From NCBI GenBank assembly GCA_964509485.1, contig CAZDXW010000006.1:1-46433 (forward strand): 46,433 nt of DNA, given 5' to 3'. Of the stretch, positions 33,618 to 42,228 are shown in pieces. Made by a program: the position numbers and the translations under genes. The stretch's first letter is position 1. The number at the start of each line of letters is the position of its first letter. Source of the DNA: an uncultured Christensenella sp. (GTDB lineage: Bacteria > Bacillota > Clostridia > Christensenellales > CAG-138). The notes below the pieces were generated by a model, which was given only the letters and a program-made list of their open reading frames with translations, searched no databases and was not told where the DNA came from.

Positions 33618-35213
33618 TTATGAACCCGTATGCTTGCTGCGGTACTCGCTGGGCGTCATGTTTTCGTACTTTTTAAACACCTGCGTAAAATGCGAAAAAT
33701 AGGAATACCCCAACTCCAGTGCGATCATGCCGACCGAGAGGCTCGAGTGCTCCAGCATTTCCTTTGCCGCCGAAACCTTCGAAAGCGCAATGTATTCCTT
33801 AATGTTCTGCCCGGTCTCGCGCTTAAAGAGTTTCGTAAAATACTCCGCGCTCAAGTTCACGTGGTCGGCCACGTCCTTTACCGTAATGGGGTTTGCCATG
33901 TTGTTGACGATAAAGCTCTTCGCCTTCTCCACATCGCTCTTTGGCATGTTGCTTTTGTGAATCTTCTCCACCGCGTTGAGCATGAACGCAACGCCCTTTC
34001 GCAGCGAGTCGATGTCCTTAAAGCTGTCCATGTAGTCCGTATACGTATACTCCGCGTTGAACAGGTCGCTCATGTCCGCGTTGTTTTCGTAGAGAAACCC
34101 GAGGAAGATGTGCGTGAGCTGCTGGTGCAGTTCGCAGAGCGCGCGAAACTTGTTTTTGCTCTTTCGCTCCGTATCCTTTAGAAATTCCTCAATCTCGTAT
34201 TCGAGAATGCGCTTTTGTCCGCCCGCAACAAGCGTCTTCCAGCGCTCCGCGCTCTCCGCGAGATTCGTCGACACCGCAGCGGAAATGCCCTCGCCAGAGG
34301 TCAAGTAGATGCCCGCCGTATTGCTGATGTTCTCGTCGATGTACTGGTGAATCACCTTCATCTCTTCACGCATATCGGTAAAGCGGACCCAATTGCCAAC
34401 GTAGCAGTTCAGCACCTCGCTTGGTAGCTCCAGGCAGAGTTTTTCAAAGAAGGTTTCATATTGCTCTGGCGAGAACGAAAGCTCCTCGTTCGTCGCGGAA
34501 AACAGAACGAGCACAAACTGGCGAAAGCGGTTCAGGGTGCTGAGTTTGAGCACCGGATAGATCATATTCGCCTGTTTCAGCGCGTTGGAAATCGCCTTGT
34601 GAATGCTCTTTTCGGAGAAGATGGGTTCGTTGGACGTTCGAAATGACTGAACGTTGATGATCACGACCTGAACGCGCTTGTCCTTGTGGATCGCATACCC
34701 CATTTGGTTGAGAAACTCCAGCGAGGAGTCCACGTCCTCCGGAACACGCGAAAACAGCTTGGTCACCACGTGGTTCATCAGCTCGGTTTCGTTCGTTTCG
34801 AGCAGTTGACCGTATTGCTGCAGCCGCGCGCGTTTTCGCTGCTGGTAGAACTGCTGCAACGCCCTGCGTAAGCAGTCCTCAATGACCTCATATGGCGCGG
34901 GCTGGAGCAGATAATCGAAACAACCCAGCTTAATGCTTTCCTGCGCATAGCGAAACTCCGCGTGCGAGGTCAGCAGAATCCGCAGCGTCTCGGGGTATTG
35001 CGCCTGCACCGCGCGGTTGAGTTCCAGTCCGTTTTCGCCGGGCATTTCGATGTCCGTGAGCATAATGTCAATCGGAATTTCCCGAAATACGTTCAGCGCC
35101 TCTTCGGCGCTTGTCGCCGAGCGTACCTCGTCGATGCCCAGTTCCTGAAAATGCACGCCGGAAAGAATGCCGCTCAGAACCGAAATCTGATCGTCTACAA
35201 CCAGAACATTCAT
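33618..35213 (-). CDS. Two-component response regulator, REC plus AraC-type HTH (YesN-like)
   Basis: 531 aa. REC domain MNVLVVDDQ...IDIMLTDIEMPGENGLEL. C-terminal AraC HTH (VKDVADHVNLSAEYFTKLFKRETGQNIKEYI...IALELGYSYFSHFTQVFKKYENMTPSEYR). RBS GGAGGGA. Confidence 0.9.
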   Translation of the reverse strand: MNVLVVDDQISVLSGILSGVHFQELGIDEVRSATSAEEALNVFREIPIDIMLTDIEMPGENGLELNRAVQAQYPETLRILLTSHAEFRYAQESIKLGCFDYLLQPAPYEVIEDCLRRALQQFYQQRKRARLQQYGQLLETNETELMNHVVTKLFSRVPEDVDSSLEFLNQMGYAIHKDKRVQVVIINVQSFRTSNEPIFSEKSIHKAISNALKQANMIYPVLKLSTLNRFRQFVLVLFSATNEELSFSPEQYETFFEKLCLELPSEVLNCYVGNWVRFTDMREEMKVIHQYIDENISNTAGIYLTSGEGISAAVSTNLAESAERWKTLVAGGQKRILEYEIEEFLKDTERKSKNKFRALCELHQQLTHIFLGFLYENNADMSDLFNAEYTYTDYMDSFKDIDSLRKGVAFMLNAVEKIHKSNMPKSDVEKAKSFIVNNMANPITVKDVADHVNLSAEYFTKLFKRETGQNIKEYIALSKVSAAKEMLEHSSLSVGMIALELGYSYFSHFTQVFKKYENMTPSEYRSKHTGS

Positions 35214-35232
35214 GTGTCATTCCCTCCGTTTC

Positions 35233-36945
35233 TCAGCGGCGCAGCGGCAGGTAAATCAGCGAGCAGGCGCCGCCGTCCTGCGCATTGAAGAACGCAATCT
35301 GAAAGTCTTTTTGATAGATCAGCGACATCCTCCGCTTGAGGTTGCTGATGCCAATGTGATACTGCTCAAACTGCTCGTCCGGCTCCAGCAGCATCTTGAG
35401 CGTTTCGTTGCTGTAACCAACGCCGTTGTCCCTTAGCCGCAGGCGGATGTAGGGTTTGCCGTCCATCTCAATCTGATCGATCTGCACGTTGAACCGCAAG
35501 AACTTCCGGCTGTCCGTGTTGTACTTATAGGAGTTCTCCAGAAAGGTCTGAATCACGAGCGGCGGAACGCGGCAGTCCAGCAGGCTTTGATCCACCTCGA
35601 GGTTGAGTAGCAGCGGGCGCGCGCGATCCATCTGTATAATGCGATAGTAGTCCTGCGCCTCGTCGAGCTCCGACTTGAGCGTAACGAGCAGCAGATTGTC
35701 GTGAAACACGTAGCGCAGATGGTTCGAAAAGGCGAGGATCATGAGCTTCATCTTGTCCATTTCGCCCTTTTCGGACATGTTATACAGGCTCTTGAGGCAA
35801 TTCAAAAAGAAGTGCGACCGGGTCTGCAATTGATAGTATTGCAAAAGCGCGTGTTCAATCTCCTGGGTCTTGCTGGTGTTTTCCTGCACGAGTTGCACCT
35901 TTTGCTCCACGAGCTGATTGAGCGCTTCCCGAATCGTCGCAAACTCCTGCAAATTCTCGTGCTCCTGCGTGAGTATCTCGTTTGAACCTGCGAGGCGCTC
36001 GGAAGCCTGCGTAATCTGATTCAGCGGAAAGATCAGAATCCGATTGATGAACGCGTAGATCACGAGATATAGCGTGCAGATCACCAGAAACGCAATCAGA
36101 AACAGCACGACGGATATGCGCGAGTAGCTCCAGATCCCCTGGGTGGACATGATGCCGCTCAGTCCAATGCCGAACGATGGATAATAGTCGGACTGGATGA
36201 TGTTGCCGACAAAAAAGTATGGAAAACGCGGCGTCTCCGCCGTTTGAATCCGCTCCAGCGTGATTCCCTCGCGCTCCACATAGTCCACGTTGGTCAGCAC
36301 CCGCTCGTTCGAGAAAAACGAGTATTCAATGGAGTCGATTCCCTTCGTGTGGCGGCTGATGAACGCGTTGAGATCGAGAATGGAGCAAACGTACATGTCC
36401 CCCTGCCGGTAGGCGTTCATCAAAAGGACGTACTGATCGGTCGAATACGCGTGCCAGCGCATCAGGCCGCCCTGCGGCTGCTCCAGCCACCATTGTCGAA
36501 TGTCGTTCATGAACTCCATAATCGGGCGGGTCAGCGTTCCGCCGAGGAAATCGGGCCCAAAGCTATAAAAAAACTCGGAGCGGGATTCATTGAACAAAAA
36601 GATTGCACCCGCGGTTGGCACGCGGTTGGAAATGGTCTTTCTCAGGTTGTATTCCGGCAGAATCTTCTCCTTGTCCGAGAGGAGATCCGCCTTGTTGGAA
36701 AGCAGCATAAAATCGGTATCGGTCGAGTACATGTCCTGATTGAACGAAGTCAAATCCTCCAGCACATAGATCAGGTTGTTGGAGTATACGTCCAGCGCGG
36801 CCTGGTTGCTGAAGATGAGCTGCTGTTCGTACATCCAGATGGAATACACGCCATAGGAAACCAGACACAGCAGCGTAATGAGCAGCAGCGTCAGAAAATA
36901 TTGCATCATGCTTTTTTTCGCAGAGCGAACTCGCTTCAAGGGCAT
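35233..36945 (-). CDS. Sensor histidine kinase (YesM-like; membrane/extracytoplasmic sensor, HAMP, His_kinase and HATPase domains)
   Basis: Two TM segments (FLTLLLITLLCLVSYGVY and VVLFLIAFLVICTLYLVIYAF) flank a ~270-aa sensor domain. H-box region LQYYQLQTRSHFFLNCLKSLY. ATPase region LVIQTFLENSYKYN...LRDNGVGY. The start is uncertain (ATG 36945 or 36909; the track gives 37002). Confidence 0.8.
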   Translation of the reverse strand: MPLKRVRSAKKSMMQYFLTLLLITLLCLVSYGVYSIWMYEQQLIFSNQAALDVYSNNLIYVLEDLTSFNQDMYSTDTDFMLLSNKADLLSDKEKILPEYNLRKTISNRVPTAGAIFLFNESRSEFFYSFGPDFLGGTLTRPIMEFMNDIRQWWLEQPQGGLMRWHAYSTDQYVLLMNAYRQGDMYVCSILDLNAFISRHTKGIDSIEYSFFSNERVLTNVDYVEREGITLERIQTAETPRFPYFFVGNIIQSDYYPSFGIGLSGIMSTQGIWSYSRISVVLFLIAFLVICTLYLVIYAFINRILIFPLNQITQASERLAGSNEILTQEHENLQEFATIREALNQLVEQKVQLVQENTSKTQEIEHALLQYYQLQTRSHFFLNCLKSLYNMSEKGEMDKMKLMILAFSNHLRYVFHDNLLLVTLKSELDEAQDYYRIIQMDRARPLLLNLEVDQSLLDCRVPPLVIQTFLENSYKYNTDSRKFLRFNVQIDQIEMDGKPYIRLRLRDNGVGYSNETLKMLLEPDEQFEQYHIGISNLKRRMSLIYQKDFQIAFFNAQDGGACSLIYLPLRR

Positions 36946-37041
36946 GCCCCTTCTCAACTCGATCTGGTGTTGTTTTCGAACCGGATGGCTGTACCGGCGC
37001 AACAGGAATTGCGAAAATCAGTACTGTTATTCTATCAATCC

Positions 37042-37117
37042 GCGAAATAATGAGCAAGTTATTTCGCTGGATGCGGCTCTCGCGGCATTTCCCGCGAGCT
37101 TCGTTTCATGCTATAAT
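37042..37117 (+). promoter_or_regulatory. Inverted repeats plus an extended -10 element upstream of the DUF362-ferredoxin gene
   Basis: Perfect 9-bp inverted repeat GCGAAATAA (37042-37050) / TTATTTCGC (37059-37067). 7-bp inverted repeat CTCGCGG (37079-37085) / CCGCGAG (37092-37098). TGcTATAAT at 37109-37117, 34 nt upstream of ATG 37151. No clear -35 element. Confidence 0.3.
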
Positions 37118-37150
37118 TCTCGTAACCAACCTACGATTTGGAGTACAAAC

Positions 37151-38299
37151 ATGCCTTTTAATTCAAATGAAGTCTCCATTGCGCGCTGCGAAACCTACGA
37201 TCCCGCGGCGGTCAAAGCCGCGCTGCTGGAAGCGCTCGCGCCCATCCACGGGCTGGACTGGGTGACCCCCGGTATGAAGATTGCCGTCAAGGCAAACCTC
37301 ATGATGCTCAAAAAGCCGGAGAAAGCGGCAACCGTGCATCCGGAAGTGGTCGTTGCGCTCTGCGAACTGTTGATCGAAAAAGGCGCAAGCGTCGTCGTCG
37401 GGGACAGTCCCGGCGGACCGTTCAACTTGGCTTACCTGACGCAAATCTACACGTCCACCGGCATGCGCCGCGTGCTGGACGCGGGCGCGCAGCTCAACGA
37501 GGACTTCTCCACGCGGGACGTCTCCTTTCCCGAGGCGGTTTCGGCAAAGGAGTTTCAAATAACTGACTATTTATTAAAAGCGGATGCAATCATCGACCTC
37601 TGCAAACTCAAAACGCACGGGCTGATGGCATATACCGGCGCCTGCAAAAATCTCTTTGGCGCGATTCCCGGCACGCGAAAGTCCGAGTCGCACTATCGCT
37701 ACAGCACGCATACGTCGTTTGCCAATATGCTCGTGGACGTCTGCGAATACTGCAAGCCGCGCCTGTCGATTGCCGACGCGGTGATGACGATGGAGGGCAA
37801 CGGCCCTTCCGGCGGCACCCCGCGCTATATGGGCGCGATTCTCGCGTCGTACAATCCGCACGCGCTGGACATTGCGGGTGCGCACCTGATGAACCTCGGC
37901 GCTTGCGACGTGCCAACGCTTCAGGCGGCGGTGGAACGCGCTCTTGCGCCAAACGACGTCTCCGGGTTAACCATATTTGGCGATCTGGAATCGTTCGTAA
38001 TTCCCGATTTTCAGCTGACCCCCAAGCACGACGTCCAGTTCTGGGGCTCGAAAGACCCGACGATTTCCAAGATGCTCACAAAGCTGTTTGCCAGCACGCC
38101 AATGGTCGACCGAACGGGCTGCGTCGGCTGCGGAGAGTGCAAGAGCGTTTGCCCCGCAAACGCGATAACGCTTCGCAACCGAATCGCTGAGATTAACCGG
38201 CAAGCCTGCATTCGCTGTTTCTGCTGTCAGGAGTTCTGCCCAAAGGGCGCGATTCGCGTCCATCGCCCGTTCGTCGCACGAATGGTGGACAAACTCTAA
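37151..38299 (+). CDS. DUF362-domain protein with a C-terminal 2x[4Fe-4S] ferredoxin domain
   Basis: Start trimmed to ATG 37151 (GGAG RBS). DUF362 pattern (MKIAVKANLM, TVHPEVVVAL, VVVGDSPGGP, KLKTHGLMAYTGACKNLFG, DAVMTMEGNGPSGG). Two CxxCxxCxxxCP motifs: CVGCGECKSVCP and CIRCFCCQEFCP. Confidence 0.8.
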   Translation: MPFNSNEVSIARCETYDPAAVKAALLEALAPIHGLDWVTPGMKIAVKANLMMLKKPEKAATVHPEVVVALCELLIEKGASVVVGDSPGGPFNLAYLTQIYTSTGMRRVLDAGAQLNEDFSTRDVSFPEAVSAKEFQITDYLLKADAIIDLCKLKTHGLMAYTGACKNLFGAIPGTRKSESHYRYSTHTSFANMLVDVCEYCKPRLSIADAVMTMEGNGPSGGTPRYMGAILASYNPHALDIAGAHLMNLGACDVPTLQAAVERALAPNDVSGLTIFGDLESFVIPDFQLTPKHDVQFWGSKDPTISKMLTKLFASTPMVDRTGCVGCGECKSVCPANAITLRNRIAEINRQACIRCFCCQEFCPKGAIRVHRPFVARMVDKL

Positions 38300-38385
38300 T
38301 AGAGTTGCTGTCGAACCAGCGGCGTCCTCTGCCGAAAATGGTTTGCATACACGACGACCAATCAGCTTGAAAGGCGGAACATGAC

Positions 38386-39381
38386 ATGCTACTCGGTTTG
38401 GTTCTGATCGACATTCAAAACGACTACTTCGCGGGCGGTCGGCACGCGTTGGTACACCCGAACGAGGCGGCGGCAAACGCGCTTTTGATCCTGTCGGCGT
38501 TTCGCGCCAAGGGCTGGCCGATCTTTCACGTGCAGCACATCAGCACCAAACCCACCGCAACGTTCTTTCTGCCGAATACGCGGGGCGCGGAGTTCTATGC
38601 CGATACCGCGCCGGTCGGCGGCGAACCGGTCATCCTGAAGCACAAGCCAAACAGCTTTCTGGGCACCGATCTGGCGGAGCAGTTGACGAAGGCCGGCGTG
38701 GACGAACTCGTCATCTGCGGCATGATGACGCATATGTGCGTCGATACCACCGTTCGCGCCGCGGCGGATCTTGGCTACCCGGTCACGCTCATCGGGGACG
38801 CCTGCGCAACTAGAAATCTGAGCTGGGCAAACGAAACGGTTCCGGCCTTGCAGGTGCAGCGCGCCTATCTGGCGGCGATCGATGGTTCGTTTGCCAGCGT
38901 CGTTTCGGCGGAAGATTGGCTAAACAAGCTGTCTGGCCAGAGCATCCAGAAAGAAAGCACTGCTTCGCCGAATAAGGCTACGGTGCTCGATTCCGGCCCG
39001 TTCTACCACGGAACTAAGTCGGATTTGCATCCCGGCGATCTCATCGAACCCGGCTTTCGCTCGAACTACAGCGAGCACAAGGCGAATTTCGTCTACCTGA
39101 CCGCGACGCTGGACGCCGCAAAGTGGGGCGCGGAGCTTGCGGCGGGAGACGCGCGCGGGCGCATCTACCTCGTGGAGCCAACCGGCGCGTTTGAGAACGA
39201 TCCCAACCTGACGGATCAGAGATTCCCGGGCAACCCGACGCGCTCCTACCGCACCCGGGAGTCGATTCGCGTGGTCGGCGAGGTGCTCGGCTGGGTCGGG
39301 CACTCGCCCGAAGTGCTGCAAACCATGCGGGATCATCTGGAGCAGTTGAAACAAGCAGGCATCGAAGCCATCAACGATTAA
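38386..39381 (+). CDS. arr: Fusion protein: N-terminal isochorismatase-family cysteine hydrolase (aa ~1-180) plus C-terminal NAD+:rifampin ADP-ribosyltransferase (Arr) domain (aa ~204-331)
   Basis: N-terminal domain: LIDIQNDYF (Asp9), ILKHKPNSF (Lys85), ICGMMTHMCVDTT (Cys118), which is the D-K-C triad pattern of isochorismatase/nicotinamidase-like hydrolases. C-terminal domain matches Arr proteins as I recall them (Arr-ms, Arr-2): GPFYHGTKSDLHPGDL, NFVYLTATLDAAKWGAELAAGDARGRIYLVEPTGAFENDPNLTDQRFPGNPTRSYRTRESIRVVGEV, WVGHSPEVLQTMRDHLEQLKQAGIEAIND. It is a single uninterrupted ORF. The linker KLSGQSIQKESTASPNKATVLDS joins the two domains. Confidence 0.85.
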   Translation: MLLGLVLIDIQNDYFAGGRHALVHPNEAAANALLILSAFRAKGWPIFHVQHISTKPTATFFLPNTRGAEFYADTAPVGGEPVILKHKPNSFLGTDLAEQLTKAGVDELVICGMMTHMCVDTTVRAAADLGYPVTLIGDACATRNLSWANETVPALQVQRAYLAAIDGSFASVVSAEDWLNKLSGQSIQKESTASPNKATVLDSGPFYHGTKSDLHPGDLIEPGFRSNYSEHKANFVYLTATLDAAKWGAELAAGDARGRIYLVEPTGAFENDPNLTDQRFPGNPTRSYRTRESIRVVGEVLGWVGHSPEVLQTMRDHLEQLKQAGIEAIND

Positions 39382-39415
39382 TCTAACCGTTCAAATCGGT
39401 TTTGGAGATAGCAGA

Positions 39416-40429
39416 ATGAACTCTACCGAAGTACTGCAAACCGAACGTCTCTTCCTTCGCCTCCTCACGCTATCGGATGCGGACGCGTTCTTTCGCTACC
39501 GCTCGCTGCCGGAGGTCTGCCGGTTTCAATCGTTTCAACCAAAGACGCATTCCGAAATCGAGGCGTTTCTTCGCGAAAACGAGAGTGTGCCGCCGAATAC
39601 CCCCAGTACCTGGCGTCAACTCGCGATATGCCTGCGCGACGGCACGCTGATTGGCGACGTCGGCCTGCATACGCTCGACGAGTGGCAGCTGGAACTTGGC
39701 TATACCCTCGCGCCGGAGCATCAGGGCAAGGGCTACGCAACGGAGGCGGTCGCCGCCGTGCTGCGGCAGGCGTTTGCCGTTTGGAACAAGCATCGGGTCA
39801 CCGCGTCCGTCGATCCGGACAACCATGCGTCCATCCGGCTGCTGGAGCGGCTCGGCTTTCGGTTGGAAGCGCATTTTCGCAAGAGCTATCGCATGAACGA
39901 AGATTGGGTCGACGATTGCGTCTACGCCATGCTCCGCGAGGACTGGGTGGGGTTGGATCATCCGCGCGTGGAAATTGCGGAAGCAACCAAGCATCTGGAT
40001 GACGTTCGGGCGCTCTTTTCGGAATACGCCGCTTCGCTTGAAATCGACCTGTCCTACCAGAATTTCTCCAAGGAACTCTCCGGCCTGCCCGGCAAGTATG
40101 CCCCGCCGGACGGAAGGCTCTTTGTCGCGTTTGTCGGCGGTCAAAGCGCCGGATGCATCGCCCTGCGCCGGTTCGACGAGACCCGCGCGGAGATGAAGCG
40201 ACTCTACGTCCGCCCCGCGTTTCGCGGGTACCATCTCGGTCGGCTGCTCGCCGAGCGCGCCATCGCCGCGGCACGGGACGTCGGCTACACAGCCGTTCTG
40301 CTCGACACGCTTAGCACAATGAACACCGCAAAGCAGCTCTATCGCGAACTCGGCTTTGTCGAAATCGAGCCGTACTACGACAGCCCCATTCACGGAACGA
40401 CGTTTTTACAGCTCTCGCTGCATTGCTAG
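39416..40429 (+). CDS. Tandem GNAT N-acetyltransferase (RimJ/RimL-like module plus a second GNAT module)
   Basis: 337 aa. Module 1 (aa ~10-175): LRLLTLSDADAFF...GYTLAPEHQGKGYATEAV...VDPDNHASIRLLERLGFRLE. Module 2 (aa ~185-337): LFVAFVGGQSAGCIALRR...MKRLYVRPAFRGYHLGRLLAERAIAAARDVGYTAVLLDT...AKQLYRELGFVEI. Each has its own acetyl-CoA (R/Q-x-x-G-x-G/A-like) region. Confidence 0.8.
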   Translation: MNSTEVLQTERLFLRLLTLSDADAFFRYRSLPEVCRFQSFQPKTHSEIEAFLRENESVPPNTPSTWRQLAICLRDGTLIGDVGLHTLDEWQLELGYTLAPEHQGKGYATEAVAAVLRQAFAVWNKHRVTASVDPDNHASIRLLERLGFRLEAHFRKSYRMNEDWVDDCVYAMLREDWVGLDHPRVEIAEATKHLDDVRALFSEYAASLEIDLSYQNFSKELSGLPGKYAPPDGRLFVAFVGGQSAGCIALRRFDETRAEMKRLYVRPAFRGYHLGRLLAERAIAAARDVGYTAVLLDTLSTMNTAKQLYRELGFVEIEPYYDSPIHGTTFLQLSLHC

Positions 40430-40459
40430 TGCCCCCCTGCCGCATAGAAAGGAGATTCT

Positions 40460-40810
40460 ATGGGAACCATCGCCTATAACCCCGACATCAAAACGGTGCT
40501 CGACTCGTTTCTCCTCGCGAGCGAACTCGTCACCCCCGGCAAGATGTTTGGTTTCCCCGCGTACTACGTCGGAAAAAAGCTCTTCGCCTGCGTATATGAA
40601 AACGGCGTGGGCATCAAGGTTTCGGCAGAAACGGCATCGCAGCTGCTCGGCAGGGAAGGCATTTCCCCGTTTGTGCCGATGGGAAGACGTCAGATGAAGG
40701 AATGGATCTACCTGACGCATCCGTCCCCGGAAGCGTTTCTGGAGGATCGGGCTTTGCTGGAGTCTTCCGCCGAATACGTCGCCTCGCTGCAGGGAGCTAG
40801 TGCGGAGTAA
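40460..40810 (+). CDS. TfoX_N-like small protein
   Basis: 116 aa, RBS AAAGGAG. GKMFGFPAYYVGKKLFACVYENGVGIKV resembles the TfoX N-terminal domain pattern (MFG..aY..gk.Fa). Weak, memory-based call. Confidence 0.45.
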   Translation: MGTIAYNPDIKTVLDSFLLASELVTPGKMFGFPAYYVGKKLFACVYENGVGIKVSAETASQLLGREGISPFVPMGRRQMKEWIYLTHPSPEAFLEDRALLESSAEYVASLQGASAE

Positions 40811-40913
40811 GCAAGCTTGATCGCATAGGCAATTGCATAATTGCAAATCACGATGCACAGGCCGCCGAAGAAATCCTGCGGCGTTACCCACCGAAATAAC
40901 AAGTTTGATCCCC

Positions 40914-40946
40914 CGCCTTGCGACGAGTGCTTCGCAGGGCTTTTTT
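40914..40946 (+). terminator. Rho-independent terminator
   Basis: 9-bp stem gccttgcga (40914-40922) / tcgcagggc (40932-40940) including one G-U pair, a 9-nt loop, then TTTTTT (40941-40946). Confidence 0.7.
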
Positions 40947-40988
40947 GCATATAGATTTGTATATGCAACGGTTAAAGTGTGGTATAAT
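40945..40988 (+). promoter_or_regulatory. Perfect 9-bp inverted repeat (candidate operator) followed by an extended -10 promoter element
   Basis: TTGCATATA (40945-40953), a 6-nt spacer, then TATATGCAA (40960-40968). TGgTATAAT at 40980-40988, 46 nt upstream of ATG 41034. Confidence 0.4.
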
Positions 40989-41033
40989 TCCGCAAAGGCG
41001 ATGAGCACCAAGCCGGAACGGAGGGTTTCTTTC

Positions 41034-41630
41034 ATGCAGCAGAAGACCGTTGGTATTTTCCTGTTCAACGAAGTTGAGGTGTTGGACTTTGCAGGCCCGT
41101 TCGAGGTGTTTTCGCTCGCCGAGTCTGAAAACAGCAGCGAACGCGCGTTCCGCGTCTGCACCATCGCCCGAACCAACGCGCCTATTCGCGCCCGCAACGG
41201 CTTGACCGTGCTTCCCGCATACGATTTTTCGTCCGCACCGAAGCTGGATTTGCTCATCGTTCCCGGCGGTTACGGCGCGGAGGAGCTCGAGATTTGCGAG
41301 CCGGAGACGATTCGCTGGCTTCAGAGCATGGCCGGTCAGGTTGAAATCGTTGCCTCCATTTGCACGGGCGCTTTTCTGCTTGCCGAAGCAGGTCTGCTCA
41401 ACGGAAAGCGGGCGACGACGCATTGGATGGATCTCGACCGTCTGGAGCGCGAATATCCTGCGGTTCAGGTGCAGCGCAACACCCGTTTTGTAGACGAGGG
41501 TGCCATCTTGACCTCCGGCGGTATCTCTGCCGGAATTGATCTGTCCCTGTATCTGGTCAAGCGTTTGCTCGGCGCGCCCGCGGCAAAGAAAACCGCAAGA
41601 CGAATGGAATACGACTGCTCCATTCTATAG
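41034..41630 (+). CDS. DJ-1/PfpI family protein (isocyanide-hydratase / GlxA-N-terminal-like)
   Basis: Start trimmed to ATG 41034 (GGAGGG RBS). VGIFLFNEVEVLDFAGPFEVF, LLIVPGG, nucleophile elbow VASICTGAFLLAEAGLLNGKRATTHW, and TSGGISAGIDLSLYLV. Confidence 0.85.
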   Translation: MQQKTVGIFLFNEVEVLDFAGPFEVFSLAESENSSERAFRVCTIARTNAPIRARNGLTVLPAYDFSSAPKLDLLIVPGGYGAEELEICEPETIRWLQSMAGQVEIVASICTGAFLLAEAGLLNGKRATTHWMDLDRLEREYPAVQVQRNTRFVDEGAILTSGGISAGIDLSLYLVKRLLGAPAAKKTARRMEYDCSIL

Positions 41631-41683
41631 TTGTAAGTGAAGGAATCCTCAACCATCAGGACATACCCCGTAAGGATGAAGCT

Positions 41684-42181
41684 ATGAATACAAACACCGT
41701 TTTACTGGAAATGATCGAATACAACGCCGCCGACCCGAAGCGCGCGCAACACCTAATCAAGGTGCATTCGTTTGCGGAACTGATCTGCGAACTGGAACAC
41801 GTCGATCCGCAAACGCGGGAGACCGTGTCCATCGCCGCGCTGGTGCACGACATTGGCATTCGTAACAGCGAGCGCAAATACGGCAGCAGCGCGGGGCGTT
41901 ATCAGGAGTTGGAAGGCCCGCCGGAGGCCGAAGCGCTCCTTTCGCGTCTATGCTACCCTGCGTCGTTCGTCGAACGCGTTTGCTGGCTGGTTGGCCACCA
42001 TCACAGCTACGGCTCGATACAGGAGCTCGATCACCAGATTCTCGTAGAGGCGGACTTTCTCGTCAACGCCTACGAGGACGAGATGGACCCGTCCGCCATC
42101 GCGACGGTGCGCGAGAAAATATTCAAAACAGCCGGCGGCATTCGCCTGCTCGATACACTCTATTCGCCGCGCGGCGAATAG
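41684..42181 (+). CDS. HD-domain phosphohydrolase
   Basis: 165 aa. H...HD signature: RAQHLIKVHSF...IAALVHDIGI, and GHHHSY further on. Confidence 0.75.
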   Translation: MNTNTVLLEMIEYNAADPKRAQHLIKVHSFAELICELEHVDPQTRETVSIAALVHDIGIRNSERKYGSSAGRYQELEGPPEAEALLSRLCYPASFVERVCWLVGHHHSYGSIQELDHQILVEADFLVNAYEDEMDPSAIATVREKIFKTAGGIRLLDTLYSPRGE

Positions 42182-42228
42182 AAACGGTGGCACTCCCCGA
42201 CTGACGAAACCGAACAGGAGGGTTTGTT

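Noticed and set aside
39382-39415. Hairpin AACCG-ttcaaat-CGGTT followed by TTTGG, as a terminator between the Arr fusion and the GNAT gene.
   Set aside because: The stem has only 5 bp and the U-tract is short, so it is too weak to call. The genes are more likely co-transcribed.
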